Shown one piece after another: positions 49,530 through 61,230 of a DNA stretch of 64,000 nucleotides; position 1 is the stretch's first letter, and every line of letters begins with the position of its first letter. The stretch covers positions 186,001-250,000 of the forward strand of contig NIVC01000420.1 in NCBI GenBank assembly GCA_002269645.1. Reading direction: 5' to 3'. The translations under genes were made by a program, and so were the position numbers. This DNA is from Macrostomum lignano. Its lineage: Eukaryota. Under the pieces are notes generated by a model, which saw only the letters and a program-made list of their open reading frames with translations, was not told the origin of the DNA and searched no databases.

Positions 49530-50098
49530 CACCCACTATCATTCACCTGACCCACTATCATTCACCTGACCCACTATCATTCACCTGACCCACTATCATT
49601 CACCTGACCCACTATCATTCACCTGACCCACTATCATTCACCTGACCCACTATCATTCACCTGACCCACTATCATTCACCTGACCCACTATCATTCACCT
49701 GACCCACTATCATTCACCTGACCCACTATCATTCACCTGACCCACTATCATTCACCTGACCCACTATCATTCACCTGACCCACTATCATTCACCTGACCC
49801 ACTATCATTCACCTGACCCACTATCATTCACCTGACCCACTATCATTCACCTGACCCACTATCATTCACCTGACCCACTATCATTCACCTGACCCACTAT
49901 CATTCACCTGACCCACTATCATTCACCTGACCCACTATCATTCACCTGACCCACTATCATTCACCTGACCCACTATCATTCACCTGACCCACTATCATTC
50001 ACCTGACCCACTATCATTCACCTGACCCACTATCATTCACCTGACCCACTATCATTCACCTGACCCACTATCATTCACCTGACCCACTATCATTCACC
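49530..50098. repeat. 19-bp near-perfect minisatellite CACTATCATTCACCTGACC (about 30 copies)
   Basis: Visible directly. Confidence 0.96.
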
Positions 50099-50397
50099 CG
50101 TCCACCTCGCCTGATAACATAAAAGCAGATTGACAGACAAATAAAAAATGGAACAGCAACCATTTAAGGAGGGCTCATTTCAGAAAAAAATACCTTACTT
50201 TGTGAAATTCTTAACACGAGAGTTTTAATACAAAAAGGCTAGATTTCGAGTATCCACAAAGATGTCACACGCGAAAAATAGATCATAATAACAACTTCAA
50301 TAAAAGTATGATTTTAAAAAATAAACATAGAGCACTGAGCTGAGTTACTTACATGGACACCTTCAAGTAAAGATAAAAGGGTATTTTAAACGGATAT

Positions 50398-51090
50398 CGG
50401 GACAGACAGACCCTAGATAGAACTTCAGGCTTGGGACAGACAGACCCTAGATAGGACTTCAGGCTGGGACAGACAGACCCTAGATAGGACTTCAGGCTTG
50501 GGACAGACAGACCCTAGATAGAACTTCAGGCTGGGACAGACAGACCCTAGATAGAACTTCAGGCTGGGACAGACAGACCCTAGATAGAACTTCAGGCTTG
50601 GGACAGACAGACCCTAGATAGAACTTCAGGCTGGGACAGACAGACCCTAGATAGGACTTCAGGCTTGGGACAGACAGACCCTAGATAGGACTTCAGGCTT
50701 GGGACAGACAGACCCTAGATAGAACTTCAGGCTGGGACAGACAGACCCTAGATAGGACTTCAGGCTTGGGACAGACAGACCCTAGATAGGACTTCAGGCT
50801 TGGGACAGACAGACCCTAGATAGAACTTCAGGCTGGGACAGACAGACCCTAGATAGGACTTCAGGCTTGGGACAGACAGACCCTAGATAAGACTTCAGGC
50901 TTGGGACAGACAGACCCTAGATATGACTTCAGGCTTGGGACAGACAGACCCTAGATAGGACTTCAGGCTTGGGACAGACAGACCCTAGATAGGACTTCAG
51001 GCTTGGGACAGACAGACCCTAGATAGGACTTCAGGCTTGGGACAGACAGACCCTAGATAGGACTTCAGGCTTGGGACAGACAGACCCTAG
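50398..51090. repeat. 33/34-bp minisatellite GGGACAGACAGACCCTAGATAGGACTTCAGGCTT
   Basis: Visible directly, just downstream of the SETDB1 stop codon. Confidence 0.95.
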
Positions 51091-51164
51091 GACTTCTGGA
51101 AGCACAACTTGAAACACGAGCTTATCCCCAAAACGATCCCCAACACAGGGTCTCCGTTACGCAA

Positions 51165-54100
51165 TCAGAGCAGCCTAACCCTACAGCTGGGTGTTGAGCA
51201 ATAGCAGATGAGCTCTTTGCCTGGCACACTGCCAACCTCGTAGCTATAGTCCCAGCACAGCTCCTCGCCAGCCGAGATTCTTCTAAGAGCAAAGAAAGCC
51301 GTCTCAGGAAATCTGGGATCGTGAGTTTTAACGAATACGCTCTGCACTCGACAATTGGGCTCGCAGGAATGGTTCATGTAGCGGCCGAGATTGCCGCGCT
51401 GCTTGGCGTCCATGACGTACGGGTGCGACTCGCCGAACCAGCTGGTGCGAAGGTCCACCGGGCCCGAGGCGGAGCTGGAGTTGAAGCGAACCTGGGAAAA
51501 AGAGAGGGAAGTTGGGGTTAGACTATCTACTTCTCACTCTCGGTAGATAAGGTGAGATCTAGATTGCAGTCTGTCCACTGTCCACTCCTCACTCTCGGTA
51601 GATAAGGTGAGATCTAGGTTGCAGTCTATCCACTGTCCACTGCTCACTCTCGGTAGATAAGGTGAGATCTAGATTGCAGTCTATCCACTGTCCACTCCTC
51701 ACTCTCGGTAGATAAGGTGAGATCTACTTTAGATTGCAGTCTGTCCACTTCTCACTCTCGGTAGATAAGGTGAGATCAAGATTGCAGTCTGTCCACTTCT
51801 CACTCTCGGTAGATAAGGTGAGATCAAGATTGCAGTCTGTCCACTTCTCACTCTCGGTAGATAGGTGAGATCTAGATTGCAGTCTGTCCACTTCTCACTC
51901 TCGGTAGATAAGGTGAGATCTAGATTGCAGTCTGTCCACTTCTCACTCTCGGTAGATAAGGTGAGATCTAGATTGCAGTCTGTCCACTTCTCACTCTCGG
52001 TAGATAAGGTGAGATCTAGATTGCAGTCTGTTCACTTCTCACTCTCGGTAGATAAGGTGAGATCTAGATTGCAGTCTATCCACTGTCCACTTCTCACTCT
52101 CGGTAGATAAGGTGAGATCTAGGTTGCAGTCTATCTACTATCTACTTCTCACTCTCGGTAGATAAGGTGAGATCTAGATTGCAGTCTGTCCACTGTCAAC
52201 TTCTTACTCTCGGTAGATAAGGTGAGATCTAGGTTGCAGTCTATCTACTATCTACTTCTCACTCTCTGTAGATAAGGTGAGATCTAGATTGCAGTCTGTC
52301 CACTGTCCACTTCTTACTCTCGGTAGATAAGGTGAGATCTAGGTTGCAGTCTATCCACTGTCCACTCCTCACTCTCGGTAGATAGGTGAGATCTACTTTA
52401 GATTGCAGTCTGTCTACTTTTCTTATAGGATAGATATACTATCCTACTGCCAGTAGCAAGCAGGCACAAGACATCGCACCCACCCGATCCTCCGGTTCTC
52501 GGGCGAATCGCTCGAAGCCCTCCTTCTCCATCTGCATGATCTCGATGAGGTCCAGCTCGGCCTGGTATTCGTCCCCCAGTTCGGTGCCGTAGCGCACGGC
52601 CGTCTCCTCGTTGTAGACTTCGCCAGCGTAAATGCAAATGAAAGCGCCTTTGGGAATGTCGTGCAGAGTGCGGATGCCCCAGCCTTTGCGGGCGGTGCGA
52701 AATACCTGAGGCGAAATAAATTCATATTGTTTGCAAACAATACTTATTATTATAAAGCATGAATAAGATCGGAACGTTTCTAGGTAATGAATCAAAGAAA
52801 CCTCGGATAGCAACGGGGAATTGATCTCGAGTAGCATAGCAACTGGACAATAAAGCTCAGGTAGCATAGCAACGGGACAATAAAGCTCAGGTAGCATAGC
52901 AACGGGACAATAAAGCTCAGGTAGCATAGCAACGGGACAATAAAGCTCAGGTAGCATAGCAACGGGACAATAAAGCTCAGGTAGCATAGCAACGGGACAA
53001 TAAAGCTCAGGTAGCATAGCAACGGGACAATAAAGCTCAGGTAGCATAGCAACGGGACAATAAAGCTCAGGTAGCATAGCAACGGGACAATAAAGCTCAG
53101 GTAGAATAGCAACGGGACAATAAAGCTCAGGTAGCATAGCAACGGGACAATAAAGCTTAGGTAGCATAGCAACGGGGAAATCTGTTTTCATAGCTCGAAG
53201 AAATCTCAGTCTCCATAGAAACGGGGAATGTCTCCATAGCAACGGAAAAATCTGTCGCCATAGCAACGGGGAAATCTTATTCTCCATAGAAATGCGGAAA
53301 TCACTGCCAGCATAGCAGCAGGAAAATCTCAGTCTCCATAGCGACAAGAAAATCTCATTCTCCACAGCAACAGGGAAATCTCGGTCTCCATAGCAACGGG
53401 GGAAGTCATTCCGCATAGCAACAGGGAAATCTAAGTCTCCACAGCAACAGGGAAATCTCAGTCTCCATAGCAACGGGGGAAGTCATTCCGCATAGCAACA
53501 GGGAAATCTAAGTCTCCATAGCAACAGGGAAATCTGTCTCCATAGCAACGGGGGAAGTCAGTCCGCATAGCAATGGGGAATCTTTGTTTCCATAGCAACG
53601 GTAAAAAGCCAGCATAGCAACGGGGCAAAAGTCAGTCAAGAAGAACAAACCCAAACAGCAACTCACCTGCAGCCGATTGCGCAATCCGTGCTGCACAACC
53701 CGATTGCGGCAGGTGGCCGCCCGGCACCGGCACTTGGCATTGCACTCGTAGATGCCGCCAAGCGCCCTGGCCATGTGCCGGCCGTGACGATAAGTGACTC
53801 GAATATCAGCTTTGCCAGTGATCGCCTGCGACGATCGAATAGTGAGCTGCTGACAGGCGCAACGACGCCTATCCGAGCAGTCGTCTGTGCAGTCGCAGCA
53901 GACCAGGAAGCCCGGCTCGGATTCGTTAGTGTTAACGCCCTGAGTAGGGACTCGCTCGGCCGCGTATTCAATGTAGGGCAGGCTGGTGTTGTCCAGGCTG
54001 TTCACCGCGCTGACTGGCACGAACTCTTTGCCGTAGCTGATGTCCTTCAGCTGGTAGATTATCTGCGAATTTAAAGGTGGGGCGACTAATTAGGTACCGA

Positions 54101-57100
54101 GGATACTGTCAATTAATGGAGGGCCCTATAAGTAGCTACTTTATTGGCCCTATAAATAGCTAATTAATTGGTCCTATAAATAGCTACTTAAAAATTGGCC
54201 GTATAAATAGCTACTTTATTGGCCCTATAAATAGCTAATCAATTGGCCCTATAAATAGCTAATCAATTGGCCCTATAAATAGCTAATCAATTGGCCCTAT
54301 AAATAGCTAATCAATTGGCCCTATAAACAGCTACTAAATTGACCCTATAAACAGCTACTTTATTGCCCTATAAACAGCTACTTAATTGGCCCCATAAACA
54401 GCTGCTTAATTGGCCCTATAAATAGCCGCATAATTGGCACTAAGTGGGCCTTCAGAAGGAACCACAATAGAGTCAACCAACCTTGAGCGGCTGGAATTCG
54501 TTGTTAATCCGAACGGCGGCATCGAAGCAAAAGGCGGACACGTGCAGCCGGCAGCAGGTCTCTCTCAGGTAGGCGTCCAAATCGGCGTGGCTGCGCAAGC
54601 TTCGGCCGCAGGGGGCCCGGTACTCCACCACTTCGCGGCCGCGCCCGGCCGGCCCTCCGACGCCGCCGCCGCCGCCGCCGCCGCCAACTCCGCCGTCGTC
54701 ATCGGCGGCCAGCACCAGCAGTCGCCACCAGCCAAGCGCTACGGGCGCCTCCAACGGATTCCGACCCCTAGCAGCGGCGTCATCGAAGGCAACAGCGCTG
54801 GACAGGCCGCCGGCAGGGTCCGGGCAGCAGCTGGGCGAGCAGCGATGCGGCCGGTACAGCCTCGGCTGCGGGCACGGCGACTCGGGATCGAATGTGGCCA
54901 CCTGACGGCCTCTGTAGGCCGCGTCCTGGGCTACGCTGTCGTCGTCGGAGTCGCCGTTGTCACGTCGACGGCGACGCCGGCCAGTCGAACCGATGTACAC
55001 AAAATCGTCATCGTCCTCGGCAGCGTTGGCCGTCGATTTTGACGAGGCCAATCGACTAGCGGAAGTGGACTTCCTAGCGTGCCCGACTCGAGCCTGCGAG
55101 GCCACAACCGCTGCAGACACCTGCACTTGGACTGGCTTCTGCTTTGGCTGCTGCTGTTGCTGCTTTGGCGGCCCGTACAACCTGTCGTAGAGCGTCTTGA
55201 GCCGCGTGCTGCCGCGGTACACCTTCAAGTTAATGGATGAATGGGCAGCCCCTGGTGAGCTGTAGAGCTGCGTCAGAGAAGAGTAACAAAGGACAGTAAA
55301 GGTGATTTGAAGAGTGAAAAAATGACAGGAAGGGGAATTTGAGGAGTGACAAGATAGACAGGATCTGAGGAGTGACAAGATAGACAGGAAGGAGATCTGA
55401 GGAGTGACAAGATAGAGAGGATCTGAGGAGTGACAAGATAGACAGAAAGGAGATCTGAGGAGTGACAAGACCGACAGGAAGGTGATCTGAGGAGTGACAA
55501 GACCGACACGAAGGAGATCTGAGGAGTGACAAGATAGAGAGGATTTGAGGAGTGACAAGACCGACAGGAAGGAGATCTGAGGAGTGACAAGATAGAGAGG
55601 ATTTGAGGAGTGACAAGACCGACAGGAAGGAGATCTGAGGAGTGACAAGATAGAGAGGATTTGAGGAGTGACAAGACCGACAGGAAGGAGATCTGAGGAG
55701 TGACAAGACCGACAGGAAGGAGATCGGAGGAGTGACAAGACCGACAGGAAGGAGATCTGAGGAGTGACAAGACCGACAGGAAGGAGATCTGAGGAGTGAC
55801 AAGACCGACAGGAAGGTGATCCGAAGAGTGACAAGACGGAGCGGCAACTCACCCACTCGCACGAGCCGTCGTGCATGAATGTCAGCCGAATGAGGGCGCC
55901 GTCGACGGCTTCAACGCGAGCGTTGTGCCAGCCGCCGCGCAGCTCGGCGACAACGGCCTGCCCGGGCTGCAGACGGAGCAGATCCCGAGTGGGATAGGCG
56001 TCCAAGTAGTCGCGAATAAAAAAGCGACTCTCCGGCCCAGCCAGCCGCCAATTGTTGACGCTCTGAGCCAGGACTCGGTGCACCGCGGCCTGCTCAGAGT
56101 ACTGACAGTAGCCATCGTCGAAGAATATTAGATAACGAAATTTATTAGCCTCGCCGGGCGATTCGGCTACGATGCCGGCGTATCGAGGCGTCTCGTCGCC
56201 GTCGGCCTCGGCGTCGGGACCTTCGTCGGCGTAGTCGGGATCGGCGACGGTCGATACCACGCGAGTGCCGACCGGGCAGCGCTCCTGACGGGTTAGACAG
56301 GAGTCGCCGAGGGCCACCTGGACTGGTTGAACGGTGCGGCTGAGCTGCGGCTGAGGCTGCGTTGGCTGCTGGTTGGCGGCCAGCGTCGGGGCGCCGAGGA
56401 ATCGAACAACGTAGGCGTCGCGCGGCAGCTCGTGGGTAACGACGGCGCGGCACCATTCGTCTTGGTCGCGCAGGGCGAACACTGATTCGCCGACGTGAAC
56501 TTTGCTGCGGAAAATAGGCGGATTGCGGTAGTTGCTATGGGGAATGGCGACAGTTGCTATGGGGAGTTGTGACAGTTGTTATGGGGTGGTGACAGTTGTT
56601 ATGGGGAATGGTGACAGTTGCTATGGAGAGTGGTGACAGTTGCTATGGAGAGTGGTGACAGTTGCTATGGAGAGTGGTGACAGTTGCTATGGGAAATGGC
56701 GACAGTTGCTATGGGGAATGGCGACAGTTCCTATGGGGAATGGTGATAGTTGCTATGGAGAATGGTGACAGTTGCTATGGGGAATTGTGACAGTTGCTAT
56801 GGGGAGTTGTGACAGTTGCTATGGGAGTTGTGACAGTTGCTATGGGAGTTGTGACAGTTGCTATGGGGAATGGCGACAGTTGCTATGGAGAATGGCGACA
56901 GTTGCTATATAACGACTTACTAAGGTTTCTCCAACAGATCCGTAGTAATAAGATTTTTGAGATTTTCCGCGGTCAGCAGTTTAACCGGCGCCGTTAGCAC
57001 CACTCGCCGTCCGACACCAGCAGCTCCGCCAGATGCAACCGTCGACGAAGCTGCCTCGCCGTTGTCCAATCGGCGAACTTTACTCGCCGGCGGGATGGAC

Positions 57101-60100
57101 GCCCCCGCGGCAGTTGGCTCCGCTCTAGTAGTCGCCGAATCATCAGCAACAGATGTCGGCGGAGGCGGAGGCGGAATCGGCGCCGGCGCCGGCGGCCCGT
57201 CGACAATCAAAACGTCGGCGTCGGAATCGTCCGAATCGATGTCGAGAGTCAGCGTGTCGCCAACCAGACCGTCGCCTTGTCCCTCTCTACAACGCTGATG
57301 CACCGCCGACTTTGTCGGATCGTCGATAATAACGACATCGTCGTCGCTGTCTTTGTCGCTGTCGCTGAGCTCAATGACGGTTACCTGAGCTCGGAGACTG
57401 GGAAAGGGATATACGGATTTCGGGGGTCACTGGTTTTGGGATTTGGAATCATTAACCTTTGAATTTCGGCGTCAGTGTTTTGGGATTTGGGGATCATTAA
57501 TGTTGGGATTTAAGGATCATTAATATTTGGATTTAGGGATCAGTAATGTTAGGGTTTAGGGATCATTAATGTTAGTTTAGGGATCATTAATGTTTGGATT
57601 TCGGGATCAGTAATATTGGGATTTAGGGATCATTACTTTCATACATGCGCAACCTTGGGAATCACTCGGCCGTTTCTATTGGCAACACACACATGTAAGT
57701 CGCTATTGGCTGAGAGCAGTCACGACTACTATTCCGTCCAATAGCGACTTACATGTGTGTGTTGCCAATAGAAACGGCCGTGTGAATCCCTAGGTTGCGC
57801 CCAAGCATGATTACTTTTGGGATTAGGATCAGTAATGTTGGGATTTAGGGATCAGTAATGTTGGGATTTCGGGATCATTAATGTTGGGATTTAGGGATCA
57901 TTAATGTTGGGATTTAGGGATCATTACTTTTGGGATTAGGATCAGCAATTTTGGGATTTAGGGGATCCGTAATGTTTGGGTTTCGGGATTAGTGGTTTTG
58001 GGATTTAGGGATCTAGGGAACATATGTTTCAGGTACAATAAATTTTGTGATCTTGACTTTGGTTGCCATAAACTTTGGATAATGAATATTGGACAGATAA
58101 AAGCAGAACTCACCCAGCCTCCAGCTCGTTAAACTTTATAGTCCTTGCTCGCAGTTCGGCGTCCATGGCCTGAACTGAACTATTTACTTCGCCGAATTTT
58201 TCTGCGCAAAGTAAAGGCCCAGATTGATTATTAACAGCATAAAATATTAAAGCACAAAAATATTAACTCAGTAAATTAATTTCAACTTACCCCCAGCGAC
58301 TTTTAACCGCCTAATGACATCTTGATAAAAGGTGCACTTAGTCAATTCTCTGTTTAGCCCTTCGTCGACTCGAAGATATTGGAATAGAAATCTGTTCACA
58401 ATCGCATCGATGGGGTCGCTGAAACTCGAGTTGTTGTTGCTCTGGGCTGGTCAATTAAAGAATTGGGAGGGGCCACGTTAGCGATATTGCCTTACAAAAT
58501 TTTTAACAGGAAAGCATAGGCGATGAGATGGGATGGGATTTGGTCATTGGTGGGATAGTTGGGAAAGAATGGGATTTGGTCATTGGTGGGATAGTTGGGA
58601 TAGAATGGGATTTGGTCATTGGTGAGATTAAATGGGATTTGGTCATTGGTGAGATTAAATGGGAGTTGGTCATTGGTGATATTAAATGGGATTTGGTCAT
58701 TGGTGAGATTAAATGGGAGTTGGTCATTGGTGAGATTAAATGGGATTTGGTCATTAGTGAGATTAAATGGGATTTGGTCATTGGTGAGATTAAATGGGAT
58801 TTGGTCATTGGTGAGATTAAATGGGATTTGGTCATTGGTGAGATTAAATGGGATTTGGTCATTGGTGAGATTAAATGGGATTTGGTCATTGGTGAGATTA
58901 AATGGGATTTGGTCATTGGTGAGATTAAATGGGATTTGGTCATTGGTGAGATTAAATGGGATTTGGTCATTGGTGAGATTAAATGAGATTTGGTCATTGA
59001 TGGGATAATTGGGATAAAATGGGATTTGCCATTTGTGCTAATGGGATGCAATGAGACTTAGAGATGAAATTGGATATGTCATTGTTGGGATATTAGAGAA
59101 ATTTCCAGCGAAGATATTTCCCTTCATATTAAATGTGAAAGTCAAATAAAAATTTTTGATGCGATTACTGAGAATTGCATGTAAAATTCCCATAGTTGAA
59201 GCCTAACGAGTGCTAAGATTGACGCAATTCTTCCCTTGTTTTTCTCCCGACAAAAAGCAGACGGATATTAAAAAGGAAGGCAACGAAGTTTCTAAGGCTT
59301 CAACTCTGTTTTATCACAAGAGGTTTTAGTCAGAGCGCCAGACTCACGACTGAAAGGTCGGGGTTCAATTCTTGACCTACTTGGAAAAAGAGGATGTGTC
59401 GATTCTTGACCTACTTGGAAAAAGAGGATGTGTCGATTCTTGACCTACTTGGAAAAAGAGGATGTGTCTATTCTTGACCTACTTGGAAAAAGAGGATGTC
59501 GATTCTTGACCTACTTGGAAAAAGAGGATGTGTCGGTTTTTGACCTACTTGGAAAAAGAGGATGTCGATTCTTGACCTACTTGCAAAAAGAGGATGTGTC
59601 GATTCTTGACCTACTTGCAAAAAGAGGATGTGTCGATTCTTGACCTACTTGGAAAAAGAGGATGTGTCGGTTCTTGACCTACTTGGAAAAAGAGGATGTG
59701 TCGGTTCTTGACCTACTTGGAAAAAGAGGATGTGAACTTTAGAGTTCCAAATAGCTCCCGCTCTGCCTAAAACCGACCACTTTAGCATTTGGGGATCTCT
59801 ATGAGGAGAAATGGGATAACTGGAGATTTAATGTGCACAGAAACCTTCGTGAGTTTAATATTTTTTTGCTTTTTTCAGGACCCTCTAGTATACAGCCATT
59901 TATGAAACATTGTACTATTGGCCATAAAATAACATTACTATCGTTACTATTTTCATACAAACATAAAAAGAGCGTTTATCATGGTCATCTCGTCATTTAA
60001 GCATTTGAAGCTCCAAATGAAGACATTGGCGTAAAGAAATCGGGACCCAATGCTTCGGGCTCCATTTTGCCTCTTAAGTTCTTTGTGTCCTTCAGCAAGA

Positions 60101-60508
60101 CACTTAACTCTGCATTGCTTCAGTTCACCCAGCTGTATAAAATGGGTGCCAGCATTAGCTGGGGTAGTTAATGGTGACACAAGCAGTTGCTTATTCATTT
60201 GATTATTAACCGCGCCAAACTCTGCTTAGCCCCTATTCTACAGGAGACTCACAATCAGCATCAGAGTCCAACACGTGTTTCCTAGCCATTGACTGCAGCT
60301 CGTCTCGAGGCACCACAGCGTAGAATCGAGCCTCAAATGCCGTCTGGATTTCCGCCTGGGTGCTCAGCGGCAGCGGCTGCTGGCAGTCCTGCTGATTTTG
60401 GTCTAACGGAGCTACAGCCTGCCTACAGCAGTGGATGATGGCGCTGACCCAGGCGCTTTTCACCTGGGCTAGCCGTTCAGAACAGACATTAGTGGCGCCA
60501 TTCGACAT
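51165..60508 (-). CDS. SETDB1: Histone H3K9 methyltransferase SETDB1/eggless, 9 exons, about 1104 aa
   Basis: Exons 60253-60508, 58291-58446, 58114-58201, 56921-57397, 55853-56504, 54482-55222, 53667-54062, 52484-52705 and 51165-51491, all GT-AG with consistent phases. Tudor region (RYLIFFDDGYCQY, EWVYRGSTRL), MBD (GRNPL..YRAPCGRSLR..FCFD), pre-SET (DISYGKE, CCDCTDDC, IYECN..C.NRVVQHG), SET (KGWGIR, YVMDAK..GNLGRYMNHSCEPN) and post-SET CYC..C RVRLL*. The first three exons are less certain than the rest. Confidence 0.93.
51530..52420. repeat. About 45-52-bp minisatellite (CTCACTCTCGGTAGATAAGGTGAGATCTAGATTGCAGTCTGTCCACTT), SETDB1 intron 8
   Basis: Visible directly. Confidence 0.92.
52808..53625. 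repeat. 30-bp array GTAGCATAGCAACGGGACAATAAAGCTCAG plus an adjacent CCATAGCAAC-core array, SETDB1 intron 7
   Basis: Visible directly. Confidence 0.92.
54120..54428. repeat. About 24-bp array ATTGGCCCTATAAATAGCTAATCA, SETDB1 intron 6
   Basis: Visible directly. Confidence 0.9.
55300..55840. repeat. About 32-bp minisatellite GAGGAGTGACAAGACCGACAGGAAGGAGATCT, SETDB1 intron 5
   Basis: Visible directly. Confidence 0.92.
56530..56905. repeat. About 22-bp minisatellite GACAGTTGCTATGGGGAATGGT, SETDB1 intron 4
   Basis: Visible directly. Confidence 0.92.
57410..58015. repeat. About 23-bp minisatellite GGGATTTAGGGATCATTAATGTT, SETDB1 intron 3
   Basis: Visible directly; interrupted by a MITE. Confidence 0.88.
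57640..57809. mobile_element. 170-bp foldback MITE with an 8-bp TSD (hAT- or P-like)
   Basis: ATTACTTT is duplicated at 57632-57639 and 57810-57817. The arms are 63 bp with 3 mismatches (57647-57709 / 57738-57800) around a 28-nt loop. Confidence 0.8.
58525..59030. repeat. 27-bp minisatellite GGGATTTGGTCATTGGTGAGATTAAAT, SETDB1 intron 1
   Basis: Visible directly. Confidence 0.94.
59325..59735 (+). repeat. tRNA-like SINE head running into a 33-35-bp minisatellite
   Basis: tagtcagagcgccagactcacgactgaaaggtcggggttcaattcttgacc, then tandem (GATTCTTGACCTACTTGGAAAAAGAGGATGTGTC)n. Confidence 0.75.
60080..60170 (+). mobile_element. SINE central-domain fragment (CORE/Meta-like)
   Basis: tgtgtccttcagcaagacacttaactctgcattgcttcagttcacccagctgtataaaatgggtgccagcattagctgggg, nearly identical to about 61032-61115. 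Confidence 0.7.
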
Positions 60509-60957
60509 GCTGGCGACAATGGGGCTGAGAAATAGAGCTGCTGCTGGAAGTCCACGGCGGACTGCATCAAAAAAAGTGTTTTTGCAGTTTTTATGTTTTC
60601 TTTTGCAAATTGAAAATCTGCTTCAGCTGGACTTCATATGTGAAGCCCCTGTTGTTTCATTAGATTCAAAAAGGCAAAAATTGTCACAAATTCTCTCTTC
60701 TGCATACAGAATCTAAGTTGGATACTTGGTTAACAAAAAACATTTCTTGGCCCTGACTTTCTCATTGTACACACTTTATGCCTTGGGATTTGATCATCTT
60801 AGAAGTGAGAAGGTACTGACAAATCTTTAGACCTTATTAACCCAGTACTTACTCACTTACGTACTTACTCTATGAGGTCCCTGAGCTAAGTATAGAGATG
60901 CTTGATAATTGGAGTTTTAAAAGCTAACACTATATGTTGATCCTGACATTATCAACA

Positions 60958-61230
60958 TAGCTTAGTGGTTAGACCGTCGGAATCACGACTTGAAGGTCAG
61001 GGGTTCTATTCACGATCCCGCTGGAACAATTTGTGTCCTAGAGCAATACACTTAACTCTATTGTACATTGCTTCAGTTCACCCAGCTGTAAAATGGGTGC
61101 CAGCATTAGCTGGGGTAATTGAGGGACTGAGGGTGTGGCAACCTCATACCCCAGTCCTTGGACTGAACAGCCGTACGCAGCCTTCAGATGCGCCGGGCAG
61201 TAGATGTCGGCTGCACAACTGGCCCAATTG
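60958..61230 (+). mobile_element. tRNA-headed SINE with a CORE/Meta-like central domain
   Basis: Head tagcttagtggttagacc...gggttctattc, followed by gtgtcctagagcaatacacttaactc...cttcagttcacccagctgtaaaatgggtgcc. Confidence 0.75.

Noticed and set aside
60958-61030. tRNA-like sequences (also about 12630-12686, 29502-29570, 59325-59375)
   Set aside because: The cloverleaf stems are broken and the sequences continue into repeat bodies, so they are SINE heads and not tRNA genes.
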